Source: Hydrolagus colliei (lineage: Eukaryota). From it: a stretch of 64,000 nt of DNA. Every line of letters starts with the position of its first letter. Position 1 is the stretch's first letter. The notes below the pieces were generated by a model. It was given only the letters and a program-made list of their open reading frames with translations. It did no database searches and was not told where the DNA came from. The stretch lies in NCBI GenBank assembly GCA_035084275.1, contig CM068755.1, positions 9,672,001-9,736,000 of the forward strand, given 5' to 3'. A program made the position numbers and the translations under genes. Shown here one piece after another: positions 27,690 to 41,250 of the stretch.

Positions 27690-28085
27690 TGCCTCCAAGT
27701 CAGAAATGTTTTAGGTTGAAACCCCTTCCTAAGACTTTGACTTAATAAAGTCTTGACTGACAGTCGAAATGTAGTGCTTAAGATACTGACTAGTCCAAAG
27801 TGTTGTCCTTTGAATGAGAGGTTAAACTGAGAATCCCACCTGCTTGTTTGGGTGGATGCTAAAGAACTTGTGGCACTATTCAAAAAGAGAAGGGAGTTTC
27901 TCCTGGTTTTTTGGCCAACAATCCCCCTGATAAAATAGTCATTTGCTTTATAACATCTTGTGACTCAAAGGGTGTGCTGCATTCACCTACAAAATTAAAC
28001 AGCCAAATTAAACTTCACTTTACAATTAATTGTGTGAAATGCTTTGACATAAAAGACTGCATAAAATGCAGGAATTATTATGATT
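27690..28085 (+). mobile_element. DeuSINE, near full length
   Basis: actcttgcctccaagtcagaa head; gaatgagaggttaaactgag...gtggatgctaaaga...tggcactattcaaaaagaga...tggccaaca; aaatgcaggaattattat tail. Confidence 0.7.
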
Positions 28086-30369
28086 CATTATTATATATTT
28101 TACTATGGTTTTGCCCCAAAGTCCATATGTGAGACATGTGGTACGACATTTGTCGTGTGCATTGCTGAGTTCCCATGTATTGTGGGAAAGCACTAAATAG
28201 AAGCCGGATGCACTGCACCAGAAAGCTCCCATCATTGGAGCTGTACTCGAGTACCACTCAGCAAGGTTAAGCAGAACATTCTATCCAATAGAGGTTTGGT
28301 TCATGGGGTTGACATAATTCGCACCATCAATTTGCATTCATAAGGTCATCAACAAAGCTTTGGATTATACTGCAGACCTACTCAGGCTTTACGAGGGATG
28401 ACTTGTTTTGAGTCAGCACAGCCCCAGAGAATACTTTCAGACATGGTAGTCATTCGTTGAAACATCAAAAGGTGATAGGACCCACCTGGATTTGAACATG
28501 TATTGTTCGACCCCCAAAACTTAGTGTTCAATGAATTGAACTACCTGGCGTGTCTCAGCTTTGCTGACCATTATCTTGCCAGTCATTATCAGAGTAGGAG
28601 CAGCAGAGACCTGGGGCACCATCACACATCTATTAATAAATCTTATTAGATCCTGTTAGATACCTCACAGAAAAGGCTGCCCTAGATGTAAATTGAGGAT
28701 TTGTTTCATAAAAACTTAAAAGAATTTATTTAAATATTCTGGAGAAAAAGTGCCATTATTTTGATGGAATCCTGTGTAAATGGTTAGCTTTAGGGCCAGT
28801 TATATATTTTTAATTCATTTGGTTTTCTTATCCCAAACCCATTTTCTTCATTGCGAATAATAAGTATACTTCTACCTATCTATGTGAAGCTAGCCTGCGT
28901 AAATGAAACATTTTAAAGTCCCTAAGCAATGCCTAGCTGTCAAATTATTCGAAATAAAATAAATATTTTCATCACGGTTTAAACCGTCAGCTCGTGGAGA
29001 AACAAAAACTAACCAAAAGTTGTTCAATTAAAAGCACATAGGATTTCATATTTTCTCATTCATAGAGAATTCCTCAGACAGGTATACGTGCAGAGTGAAT
29101 TCTGCAAACCCGCGCAGGGTTAACATAACCTACTTTAATGTGTAGAAGGACTATTCAAGTGTACATTTTTCTGTCCAGGCTTAATTTAGCTTGGTTTGTG
29201 CATGCAGAGGTGCTTCAGACACTGTGTGTCCAAGGGTATCTCTTGTATGCAAGGTTGAGCAGGATGTAGGTACAAGGTTAATTTAAGCACTCAAATCCGG
29301 GGTTCATTCCAAGCACTTTGTGCAGGTCAATTCTGAATATTTTGAGTGTGTGTTAATTTTGGGTTAAATCACGATACTTAACACCTGGGCTTCTGAGCAG
29401 TAACTACCTTTCCCACAGCGTGTGTATATGTGCTGGTTTATACTCTGTGTGTAGTGCCTCTCCGCTGCTGTAGGCACTGAACAGAGTCCTTGTTATTCTG
29501 ATGCGAGCAGATGGTGCATTATCAGTACATATACAGACAGATCAACTTGGGTGCATGGATTTCAGTTTTGTATTGAAATACAATTGATGTGTTGGCATTG
29601 TATCTGATGTGATGTTTGTGCATAATCGAGATGTACATCTATATTTTTATACCCCAGTACAAAAAACAGAGTTCTCATTTCCTCCTCTACCCCTTTTCTG
29701 CCCTCACTCTCACCTGAAGAGGTGAATTTCACTCCTTTTCCTTCTCCTGGAGTTCGTCTCCACAAGTGACCTCCAATACCCAGCCATGAATACCATTATT
29801 CTTATGTGAGGCAAGAGAGTGAACACTATTCACAGCTAAGTGTAATTCTACCTTATTTGATGTCTACAACCATATACCTAACAGCAGTACTCTCCAGCTA
29901 GCAGTCAAGAGCAGTAACCCACACAGTATTTTTTCTCTTTTTTTACTCTGGAATCACTCACTGGAAGATGTGGTTCAGGATTTACTCTTCTCATAATGTA
30001 TAAAAGAAGACATTCAAAGCAACCAAAGACAATAAAATCATTTTTCACAGAGTATTCTTGGCTGTTTAAACGTCCCAGCAAGAAAGGTCGTATCTGGAGG
30101 AAGGGATTTTGTATTTGTGTTACAATTATCATCTCAGCTCAGTTTGTAACATCTCTGAGTCTGAAGGTTGTGTTTTCTATAGAACTATTGTAGATCAGGA
30201 TTTGAGTCCAGACTCACTCGAGTGCAATGCAACAACATTACATTTGTATAGCAGGGGGAACGCTGCATTGTTGGGAGTGTGGTTCATTCACCAAATGATA
30301 GTTTAACTCAGTGTGCTTTCTGCGTATTCAGAGAGGTGCTAAAGATCAGGTGTCTTGACCAGATAAAAT

Positions 30370-30582
30370 TGTCATTCGCTGGTTGTGATGCATTTGGGAC
30401 ATCGATAAGATGTGAAAAGCGCTATATCAAATGCAAGGATTATTATTATTATTGTGCTACACACAAAATGGCTGTTGCGTCTGTCTACAAATACGTAGCC
30501 ACTGCACGTGACAGCAAATATCTACAAAGCACTTTGAGATGTTTCGACGTTACTGAAACTGCAATAAATGTAAGGATTATTA
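30370..30582 (+). mobile_element. Two tandem SINE 3' tails
   Basis: gatgtgaaaagcgctatatcaaatgcaaggattattattatt followed by aaaatggctg...aagcactttgag...aaatgtaaggattatt. Confidence 0.65.
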
Positions 30583-31354
30583 ATATAGAGTTAGATGCTT
30601 TAAGGAGTGCAGCAAGATTTGAATCTCAAGAGCTGGGATGTGCGCTGAGAGAAGCGGAGAAGCTGGAGGACGTTATTGATAACCTTTGATAATCTATGCA
30701 AAGCTGCCCAGCTTTAGTCTAAATGGAGCTGGTTAGGTTGGAATTTCTATACATGTGTAGGTGGTAATATATTAACTGGATCTTTTCCCCCCTGCTTCTA
30801 ATAGTTCTTTGTAAATAGGAACAACTTTTTGGTTCTGTTAATTTGAAGGGTGTTTAATTCCCTCTTGAGTTGCAGCAGCTTTTGAAAAGTTGAGTCTCAG
30901 AGTGTTTTATGATTAGTCCTCATACGCTGTGTACTTTGTTCCAGCTCAGACTAATGCCTTGGAGGATTATTCTTCCTTCTTTTATTGGAGGAGTTATATC
31001 CAATAACGTGGCCCCTCAGGAATAGCTTGGCAGCCTCCCAGTGAAATGAGAGTGAAATATGAGATGTCACCACCTCTTTCTTTAGTCATGGAGCTTGTGT
31101 ATAAATTTAGGTAAGGAAGTTGGGCAGCCTTAGATGGATATTGAAGCAACGGCAAACAGGTTTCCAAGAAAAGGCATCAGGGTGAGCGATTGATCAGTGG
31201 GGAGAAAGATGTACGGACAGAGGCACGTTTCAGCCTCAGCAGTGATCCATGATGCTCTCATTAATACGAGAATAGTAAAGGCTGATAAGTCAGTTGACAG
31301 CTCTGAGAGAATCGAGCGGATTGTTCAGGGGGGGCTTTCCTGATGAGGACCAGA

Positions 31355-32300
31355 ACAACAACAGCAACAACAACAACAAAATTACATTTGTAGAGTGCCT
31401 TTCATGTCGGGAGGATGTCTCAAGGCGCTGAACAGTCAATAGTCAGGACCCGAGCATGGAGGTTGGGGGACAGGATTGGGATGAGGGAGGGCAGAGAAGT
31501 AGGATGGTGACTGAAGGCATTGTCAAAAAGTGGGGTCTTGAATCTGGCCTTGAAGGAGGGAGTAAGGCAAAGGGATTGTGGGATGGAGTTCCAAAGAGTG
31601 GCAGACATGGAGCAGCCCAGAGTTCCAAAGAGTGGTAGACATGGAGGGAATAAACAGTATCTAGGGGGATAGCAGGTCAGAAAGGTAGTAGGGGGCAAGG
31701 CCATGGAGGGCCTTGAAAGTGAGGATGATGATCTTGAATTCTATCCTCTGAGGGTTAGGGGACCAGTGGAGGTGGACAAGGGTGAGGATGATTGAGTCAC
31801 TGAGCCTGGTGTGAGAGAGGACATGAGCTGCAGAGGTTTACATGATCTGCAACTTGGAAGTTGAAGTGGAAGGACAAGTTGGGGGGACCGACAAGAATGG
31901 AGTTTCCGTAATCAAGCCTTGAGGTGACAAATGCATGTATGAGCATTTTGGCGACCCGAGGGGTGACACAGTGGTAGAGTCGGGCAATGTTGTGGATGTG
32001 GTGGAAGGCAGTGCTGGTCATGTCATAGAAATGGGGGAGAAAGGACAGTTGAGGGTCGAACAAGGTGCGCAGGTTCCTGACTAGCTTGGTGAGGTGGAGT
32101 GTGCATCTGTGGATGCTGATGCTACCACTGCTTGAGGTGCGGAGGCACTGGCGCGATCCAATCAGGAGGGCCTCGGTCTTGCTAACGTCCAGCTGTAGAA
32201 AGTTGTCTCTCATCCAAGACTTGATATCTGAAGGCAGTCAGCCAGTTGTCCTGGAATCAGGGTGGAGGCAGAAAGATAGAGATAGAGAGATGGTGGGGTG
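31355..32300 (-). mobile_element. 5'-truncated L2 LINE (about 0.95 kb; decayed RT C-terminal region + 3' UTR)
   Basis: ORF 31797-32213 reads (W)MRDNFLQLDVSKTEALLIG...VRNL..LFDPQLSF..H.....AFHHIHNIARL...MLIHAFVTSRLDYGNSILVG, the classic L2 ORF2 signature. LWNSIP...FKARFKTPLFD follows in another frame, with a (GTT)n tail at 31355-31380. The sequence is frameshifted, so non-functional. Confidence 0.9.
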
Positions 32301-32589
32301 CACGTGATGCTCCGTTTACCGAACTGTTTTGCCGCTAATGGCAGCCTCCCTTGTTGGCGACACATGCAAATACCTCTGACATTGTGGTAGGCATGTTGGC
32401 ACTAATACCACATTTGCCGGTCACCTCAATACATGTTGTCAGACTTGGAACAGGCTAAAGTCACAATGCACTTTTTACACACAATGTGGTGGATACTCCA
32501 ATGGGGTGTTGGTCATATGCCTGGTGACACGTTTCCACCCCCCAACTCCCACCATGCATGTTCATGAGCATCTTGTCCAAAAAAACCCA

Positions 32590-32980
32590 CAATAATAAAG
32601 TTGGTCGTTTCAATCCATGACTGTTTGTGGGGACACTGCTATGCGCAATTGGCTGCCACATTTTGCCCACTAATATACCGTCAATTCACTTTACAGTATA
32701 TTCTGTGAAGCGCTTTGAGACGTCAATAAGATGTGAAAAGCACTATATCAAATGCAAGGATTATTATTATTATTAAATTGTCTTGGTCAATAGTTCCCCA
32801 TATAAGTTGGTTATTCACTTCATGGCTGTTTATGGGGTAATGCTATTTGCAAATTGCCTACTTTGTTCACTTACACGTACAGAGTCCCTTCACTTTGCAG
32901 CAATTATCTGTAAAGTGCTTTGAATTGTTTTGACAATAAACATGCTATATCAATGGATTATTGTTTTTATTATCATCATT
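32590..32980 (+). mobile_element. Two tandem SINE 3' halves (young copy 32590-32775, older copy 32776-32980)
   Basis: ttggtcgtttcaatccatgactgtttgtggggacactgctatgcgcaattggctgcc...tgtgaagcgctttgagacg...atcaaatgcaaggattattatt. Confidence 0.8.
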
Positions 32981-33032
32981 ATAAGGTAAGCACAGTGGAG
33001 ATAAGAAGGACAGCTCCCAATTGTCAGGACTT

Positions 33033-33235
33033 TCATTGAATCTTATGGCACGAAAGGAGGCCATTCGGCCCATCGAGTCTGTGCCGGCTCTTTAAAAAGA
33101 GTAATTTAATCCCACTCCGCAACTCTCTTCCCATAACCGCGCAAACCCTTCCTCCCCAAATAAATGTCTACCTCTCTTTTAAAAGTCGTTATCAAATCGG
33201 CCTCCACCACCTTTTTCAGGCAATCTATTCCAGAC
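33033..33235 (-). mobile_element. CR1-clade LINE 3' end
   Basis: gaatcttatggcacgaaaggaggccattcggcccatcgagtctgtgccggctct...cctccaccacc is the reverse complement of the typical CR1 3' UTR (gatgggccgaatggcctccttt...). Confidence 0.75.
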
Positions 33236-33639
33236 TTTGCTGTAGTAAATTTGTTGCTGATATGTAAGCTCATCACAACTTACAAAATACCAGCTCTCCC
33301 GTTCATCTTGTCGGGCCCGTCCCACTACTTTCTCATTCTAGGTTAAACAAATGTACTTCTCATAATATTTTGACCATAAATATTCCTCCGGCTGAAGTAG
33401 TTCATTCTAGGTCAACAGATGTCTTTGAAGGAAGGGAAGCTGAATCATAACCTGTTGAGAAAAGACTTTGAAAGTTATTGGAAACGTAGCAGCTTTGCTC
33501 AATTTTCAGGGGTTTAGGAAGAGAAGGAAGAGTCTTGAAGTCAGGAGACATGGGCAAGGGAAATGGGGAATGCAAGGATCATGAAGGAGATTTGCTTGAT
33601 GTGCTGAATGGTCTTTCCTGCCATAAGTGGATTTTTCCA

Positions 33640-33718
33640 TGTTTTATTGTGAAATGGTTTGGAACACCTCGACAGTGTGATTAGGCACTATATGAAATGC
33701 AAGGATTATTATTATTAT
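33640..33718 (+). mobile_element. SINE 3' tail
   Basis: ggcactatatgaaatgcaaggattattattatt. Confidence 0.6.
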
Positions 33719-34959
33719 AGATAAATAGCCTTGCAAAAGTCAAGACCATGTTGTGAATCTGCAACTTAAACCAGTTTAATGCGTCAACTGACTGCAGAGA
33801 CTGACCTTTGACTGATTCTTAACTGACGGGAAAGCAAAGCTGAAACCAGCCTGGAAACAATTGTTAAAAGAGATTCATCCTAAGTCAAGTGAACAACAGA
33901 ATAATCATCGTAACAGGGAACTGAAATACAGAATTAGGACATCTCACCCGCAGCGTGAGTAAATTTAAACGTGTCCTGGACTTGCAGGTTATAGTTTATC
34001 AAGTTTCCAAGTGCGTTAAAACCATCTGTGCTGAAGGCATAGACCACTGAGGGCATTACTGAGACCTTGTACCTTTGTGGGCCAACCTGTGGTTTACCGG
34101 ACTCCCTCACACTCCCTGATGTGCGGACTGCAGTCCACTCGCTGACAGTTGTGAAACTGACTGCGAGATACAGATTGATGCCGATAAGGCTGAAGGATAC
34201 TCTGAGAACAGCGCTCTCTAAATGTGACCGCCACGGCATTAGTAAATTATGTATCTGCATTAGAAGTAAATTACAAAATCCACATTGCTGCAGTACAATG
34301 TTACACTTAAATTAGCTTAATGTGTTGCAAAGCAGGTGGGGGTGAGGGGTGGAGGTGGGGGGGGGTTGGTGGTTTTCACAATAAGTGCGATTATGATCAG
34401 AGTTATTTTTATCTCAGGCAGAGCCTCAAACTGCGCAATGTCCCTAAACTCTGCACAATGGCCCATTTAACAAACATTCGGCGTCTGGCGGTTTGCTTTG
34501 CCAGACAAAGGGTGTTGAAGGTTTAGGTGCCACAATTAAAAGTAACTCAGAGCTTACCCACAATATAACAGCAGCAGTCTGATCAAGTTACTTTTGGGGC
34601 CACAATCTTGGCCATACTCTTTCGCAACTTTTGGAACCTTGTTCAGTCACAAGTCACTTTTGGAACAGGCCACTGAGAATTGGCTTGGGTGAGAAAGTCC
34701 ACTCAGTTCTAGACTCAGACTACTTTCTTAACATATCAGAGGATCCATAGGTTTGACATTCAGTTGTAATTTGGGAGCTAGGTGAATGTAATTCTCAAAA
34801 CAATCTGCTTTCCAACTCCTCAGTCCATTACCAGTCTAACAAGGATATAAATACAAGATACTGAACCCATTGTTTGATAGTGAAGCAGGCCTGTGACTGA
34901 ACGTTGCATAACCTTTAGAAAACATGGTTCATATCATAATAGGGTTCATAGTTAGAATA

Positions 34960-35200
34960 GAAAATAGAATGGAGAGGAAGGGAAAAACTAGCCCAAATAC
35001 CAGTTTTATATTAGAAAAGGGCAATTTTGGAAGAATCAAAGAGCAATAGTGGAGGTGAATCAGAGCAAAATGTTAGAAGAAGAGGGATCTTTTAAATATA
35101 AATTTGTTGAAACGTAATAGTATGTCTATTCCAACCGGAAGTAGAGTTTCTGCACAGAAAGAAAAATATTTGAGCAGAACAACAAGAAATTTAACAAAAC
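34960..35200 (+). mobile_element. Highly decayed CR1 ORF2 internal fragment
   Basis: attagaaaagggcaattttggaagaatcaaagag (IRKGNFGRIKE) resembles the CR1 F-R-K-x-N-F motif. Confidence 0.35.
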
Positions 35201-35289
35201 CAATTGCATAAAGAGGATCTTGTCCATCAAGGAGAAGAAATGGGAACTGTTCTTACAAGTGATGAATCGACCCAACCCACATTTTAAAT

Positions 35290-35410
35290 ACAGAATTTGC
35301 TGGGAAGATGCAGCAGGTCAACTGGCACCTATGGAGAGAGGAAAATTTTCATCTTTCCAGCGACTTCTGTTTTTATTTTAATTGTCTAGCATTTGCAGTA
35401 TTTTGCCTTT
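35290..35410. mobile_element. Decayed shark-type (Penelope-associated) dispersed repeat
   Basis: acagaatttgctgggaag..cagcaggtc...tggagagag and tttccagcgacttctgttttt...agcatttgcagtattttgcc resemble a common inverted elasmobranch repeat recalled from memory. Confidence 0.4.
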
Positions 35411-36109
35411 CACTTTATAAATATGCTCGCCTATAAAATATACTTCAGATTAAATCCTGTGAAATGCTTTGAGACTTTCTGAGGATGTGAAAGTCATTAT
35501 ATGAGATGTGAGGATTTTTGGGAGGGGGGGCCAATTGAAGGCAGGAGCAATTAGTAGTCACTTTTTTTAAAAACACAAACATCATGGTCTATGTAATAGC
35601 ATTCACTATTGTAGTAAAATTTGGTAACCTGATAGGAGACTATGCAAAATCCACTGACCAGATTTCCATGAGGATTGTTAGGTGTCTGGTACAGAACTCT
35701 GCCAGGGCAAAGAATGCAAATGCACAGCTTCCATATTACAGGGAACAAGTGCCAATCTACAGCATCAGCTGAGATCACTGAGAAAGAAAATTCCATGCAG
35801 AAGTATGAAAATATAGTGGTGTGCTTGACATAGCGAAGCATCTCTTGTCAATTTTCAAGTGAGGGTGGTAACATTCAAGCTCTTCCAGATCTATGCTGCT
35901 TTATGCAGAGAGCAACAGGCCTAAGGTGGTTGAGATTGCATTTCAAATGCTGCTATCTCAGCATAATAAATGGACGGTGGTGTCTATTTTTACATAAAGA
36001 TTTCATTATTGTAGTGAATATTGTGTTTTACCATTTGGTAACAACATGTGCATGACTCTATCCACTGATACCTTGATATCCACTGACTCAAATTTATAGG
36101 GAGAAAAGG

Positions 36110-36205
36110 AAGGTAATTAGGACTGAAAGGATTGCTGATAAAAGAGCCAGGACAGACATGATGGACCAAATGACTTTCTTTGTGCTGTAAATTTCTATGG
36201 TTCTA
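36110..36205 (+). mobile_element. CR1 3' end
   Basis: aaagagccaggacagacatgatggaccaaatgactttctttgtgctgtaaatttctatggttcta. Confidence 0.65.
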
Positions 36206-38142
36206 CAAGGTGTATATTATGCAGTACTGTTGGAAGTAATAATAATAATACACTACAATTTATGGCAATTTGGGATATAAGATCTTCAGAAAACATCCTT
36301 CAAGTACATCACTTAATTCCTGAAGTAACACACATCCTGCCCACTCACAGTTCTAGTTTGACATTAGTTACATTAGAAAAACTAACTGTTGACCTAGATA
36401 AACATAGCAATTTATGTGAGCAACTGACAGTAGGTATAGCAACAAACCTTGAGTTCATAAACAGCAAGATACCTAGACCTCACAGTGCATTGGGGGATTT
36501 ATAATCTGACTAGGGAGGCCATCATGGAGCTGTGCCATTTGCTCCAGGGAGATATGGAGGGACATTCAACACTTAGTGTAGCGTTACCAGTGAGTGGACT
36601 ATAACCCAAACATTCCAGGCACTCAAGGTTGCTGGAGTCAACCAGTTCACTGTATAGCACTGCGTTAGGAAGGCACCACAAAACATTCATCTGAGAAGAA
36701 ACCAGCAGTAGTTTCAAAGGCGGCACTTGTCACAATATAGCACACTTCCCAAAAGTGCATGGAGTAATAGACTGCACTTACATGTAATCCCATGGCATAC
36801 CTGAATTGTAAGGGATTCCTCTCTTCAGTGGCACTAACAGTAAGCCCAGGATGATACATTATTGTACATTGCAACTTTCTGTGGAATAAATCTTCACTTT
36901 AGTGGTGGCTACAATAATGGTGGGTAGATTAAAGTAGGCAATGCGTTTAAAAACAATCCAAAAATTCATCTTTGGACTTTGTTGCCTAACCTATGTTTTT
37001 GTCTAGTCTTTTTGCCCAGCGAGTCAGTTAACATTTAAAAAAAAAGGCTGTGTGAAGATCTGATTTGGAAAGGGAGAGTTATAAGAATAAGTACAGGTAG
37101 AGAGTGCTGTGTGAAATATGATGGTTCCTGAACCACTGGGACTGTGGAAATAACAAATTAACGATTGGAGTAGGTCAAGGATGAATAATGTTACTAGCGT
37201 TAGATAAGTATTCAGGAGTTTTACTTGTACTTTTTTTTGACGGGTGGGAGGGAGGGGAAATAACTTGGCTGGACAACACGCTATACAATAAATTATAGCT
37301 GGACTATGTGTGGGGGAAAAAAAATGTGCTGGAACTGTTTGTTTCCTGTGCTTCTGTTCTTTCTCTCTTGACGACGCAACAGAGAACAAGCACGGTGGGG
37401 GCAGCCGTCAGACCCCTATGCCATGTTGGCAGGCCAGCCTGTGTTTATGTCATCTGCAGTGGTTGACTGCCCAGAGCAGGTGGTGACCATGCCTGTGCCA
37501 CACGCTCAACACCTCCCACTTCACCTCGGGGAAAGCATTTGGAGGCGCGACCACAGCAATTTTGTGAAACAGGGTTACTGTTGTGTACAGAAGGATGCTG
37601 CCAATGCCAAAGAAAAAAGTTGAAAGCCTAAAATAGGGCATGATATATCTCACGAAGAACTTAATTAAGAGGTAACATTTCTGATCTATTGTGCTTCACA
37701 ATCTTCACTTAAAAAAAATGCACACACAGGAAGTCACTGAAATACATTGATCTGATGAGAAATATGGAAGGTATACAGGACAAAGAAAAATAACTGAATA
37801 TAGTGAGACGTTCTACATTTATTTATACAACATTCAGCTGTCAGTGGTGACGTGTGGATAGATGAAACCACAACAAAATGCAAAATGGGATATTTTTGTA
37901 ACTGCAAATTATAAAGATCATGGATTATCCAGAATTCTGAATATGTGGAAGGCCACTCAGCGAGTCATTCCTTTAATAGATAATTTACAATTTACCCTCT
38001 CGTGAAGCCTGCCTCATCCATTCAATCTGCTGGACGCTTCTGCCAAATTCTGCAAACATTTTCACTAACCGCTCCAAAAGTAGCGGGGCAAAGTCCAGGA
38101 CATCACAACTGTGCAAAGAACATTATACACTTTTGGCCACTT

Positions 38143-38222
38143 CAATCAGTCAATCAGTCAATCAGTCAATACTTACATTTATATAGCGCCTTTCACATCG
38201 AGAGAACGTCCCAAGGCACTTG
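38143..38222 (-). mobile_element. L2 3' tail remnant with a (TCAA/TCAG)n tail
   Basis: tcaatcagtcaatcagtcaat + acttacatttatatagcgcctttcacatcgagagaacgtcccaaggcac. Confidence 0.7.
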
Positions 38223-38347
38223 GATATCACTTGCATGATATTGAATGACATTTTTGTGATTATAGTAGAATAAGACCCGACATGTTCCAAAAAGTATTGA
38301 TCATATCCAATTTATTTACCTTTATCCCTTTAAATCTGTTCCTATCT

Positions 38348-38663
38348 GGAGTCTTGTAGCTCAGTGGTTAAAGCTCCCGCTTACAAGCGAGAGACCTGGG
38401 TTCACTTCCAGGCAGTGCAAAACCTTGGGCAAGTTTCTTTATTCCACATGCCTGAAAATAATCCCTCAATAAACAACAATAATAAATTGGTCATTTCAAT
38501 CTATGACTGTTTGTGGATCCTGATGTGCAAAATTGGCTGCCGCATTTTCCCCATATCTGCCCATATACAGTCAATTCACTTTACAGTGTATTCTGTGAAG
38601 CACTTTGAGACTTCTAGAAGATGTGAAAACTGCTTTATCAAATGAAAGGATTATTATTATTAT
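38348..38663 (+). mobile_element. Full-length young tRNA(Ala-like)-derived SINE
   Basis: A box TAGCTCAGTGG, B-box-like GGTTCACTTCC, ccttgggcaagtt segment, Deu 3' segment, L2-like tail and (ATT)n end; colinear with the copies at 62126 and 62624. Confidence 0.85.
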
Positions 38664-39199
38664 CTGCATCTCTTTCTGAAGAAGGCTTTTAAAGGCTTGA
38701 ATTATCCCAGCTTCAAAACTGACCCAAACAAGATGAGAAAAAACCTGTTTAATTTGTAATGAAGACTTTACCAATGCTTGATTTACTGGCAGATGTAGAG
38801 TGACTCCTATGTATTTGTGCCAAACAGACTGTTTCAAATTGATACTGTGATGCTGAATCAAATTACAATATGGTACAATTTTATTACTGCAACACTTATC
38901 TGTCTACGAGTAGAGGTGGATGGAGAAGAAAAAGGTTGTTGGATGTGACAATTGATGTTCATTTAAAGTTTGTTGGGGATGTCAGCTGTCAGTTGATCAT
39001 TGTTCCCGAATGTGCAAGACCCTGGTTGTTCACATCGGTAAATATTTTTCATCTTAAATTGTATTGTGCTCCGGAAGTTAAATATGCCCCATAAAATTGT
39101 ACAAAATAAATTAATACACAAATATTTAAAACATACAAAAGATACAAAGTTAATGAAGTATTAGTTTGCACCTTTTGAGTATAAATCGATTGAAATGTT

Positions 39200-39640
39200 T
39201 CTAACCTTGTACAGGTACTAGTGAGGCAACATTTGGAATATTGAATGCAGTTCTGGGCATCCAACCTTCAAAAGGACATTGAAACATTGTGGATGGTTCA
39301 AAGAACAATCAAGATGATCCTTGAACTTATGTGTTATGTGGAGAGGCTCAGATCATACTGCATCTGAAGGATGTAGAAGAGGAACGGTACACATTGAGAT
39401 GAACAAATACTCTATACTTGGCGTTCCTGGAGCCAGGAGAGGAATGGGATAACTTTGCTTGTGGAGAGAAGGATGTTGTCGTTTTGTTTCTTGATTTAAG
39501 AAACAGAAATTATTAATGCAGATCCCCGTTCCAGAAGATCAAGGGGATGGGGTGGCTTCAAGTCCATGAGGGAATAGTTTTTTCTGTGGAATGAGCGGGC
39601 TTCTTGGGATGAATTACCTTTTCCGATGCTTTCTTATGCT
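39200..39640 (+). mobile_element. Decayed CR1 LINE 3' fragment
   Basis: ctagtgaggcaacatttggaatattgaatgcagttctgggcatcc...aaggacattgaaacattg..gttcaaaga translates to LVRxHLEY.MQFWA....KDIETL..VQR, the CR1 RT C-terminal motif LVRPHLEYCVQFWSP. Confidence 0.75.
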
Positions 39641-41149
39641 TTAGCATTTGGTACAAACATCCCAGCCTTGATGGTAAGATGATTGAAATGACTGAAGAGC
39701 TGCAGACACATCCAAACTGGAACCAAATCAATCATCTGGCAGTTTCCTTTGTGTATTTTTTTAGGATCTCAGTGCATGTTTCTCTTACATAATAAATGTG
39801 CTGCAGTGGGTAGAGTGACAGTGGTTTTGAGAAAGAGCATTAATTCACAGTATTCTCTGAAGAAATAATTGCTATTAAACTGAGTGTCTGACTGAAAATA
39901 ATAACAGGCCCAGAGGCTTCGCAAGGCACTATTTCTTTCCCCACAATCTACATGTCAGTTCCAGCTCACTTTCACACAATCAAAATAAAATCAAGGATAT
40001 GGATCTATGTACTTGTGAGCTGACTTGAATGTGGGACCAATCATAAAGAGATTACTGTAATAAAAATGTATACAGCTTTGAAACAGAATTTGAGTGGGAA
40101 TTTAACTTGGAAACAACAAAGTTCTGCTGATAAAAACCTAAATACACGGTTTAAAAGACTAAAAACACAGTGCATGATCGATAATAAGTACAGTACAATA
40201 CTATACTGAGTGAATAGGCGAAGAATTTATTTGAGAAAACAATATTTAACCACGATAGTTAGTTTTAGTATCAAAATAGGCAACAAAATTGTTCATATTT
40301 TGCATTAGGAGGAAATATTTTTTCCTCATCTGCCGATCTGGCTCCCTTTCTCTCTTAGTTTGCTTTATGTAGCCATGTTCACAGTAGGTGTGTTCTGCAG
40401 AACAGTGCCGCAGAAAAAGGGTTAAACAGAGGAAAGCCAATGTTTTGGAATAGTTCATTTCTAATGTATGAAATCTGAGGGCTTATTCAACAGCTGCAGA
40501 GCTAATTGACTGGAATGTTCTCAAGAGTTTCTCTTGTGGAGCTGTGGGGTCATTGTGGTGCGTTTTTCAGAGATGGAAGCAAGCATGTGCTGCTCTCCAT
40601 GGTTGTTTTATACATATAGCAATTATTTTATGATGTTTGTTAACCTTGGTATTCAGTAAAGTTTTCATTAAATTAACCATCAAAAATTACCATAGGGTAA
40701 TACTATTTTGCCCCTTTCGTTGTGATTAATTAATGGAAGGAAAGTTTGTTTTAAATTGAAGGAGATGAGATTTCAAACATGTTAATGACAACAGAGCAGT
40801 ATCCTGACCAGTGTTTTATTATGGTAGGAACGATAATGCAGTTGTCCAATGGTGCCCGAGTGAACTGTGATCCGTGAATCAATACGGTGGTGATGTGCCC
40901 GATGTATAGTGTAATGCAAATCATTTAATTTGGAACTTTGTGTGTGTAGTGACCTCTAAAGTTGAAGGCTGCCAAGAGATGCAGGGAAGCCCTGGACGTA
41001 CACCGTGGGAATGAATGGCATGCGAACAGACATGCAATATCCACGTTAATGTGACAGAAAGCTAACAGAAACTCCAGTGTTAAAGCTGTGGAGTGATTGA
41101 TCTCTGAAACTTAGACAATTGAAAACTATAATAATAATATATATTAAAA

Positions 41150-41250
41150 TATACAGTCAATTCACTTTACAATACATTCTGTGAAGCGCTTTGAGACATT
41201 TAGAAGATGTGAAAAGGGATATATCAAATGCAAGGATTATTGTAATTATT
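41150..41250 (+). mobile_element. SINE 3' tail
   Basis: tatacagtcaattcactttac...tgtgaagcgctttgagac...atcaaatgcaaggattat. Confidence 0.75.
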
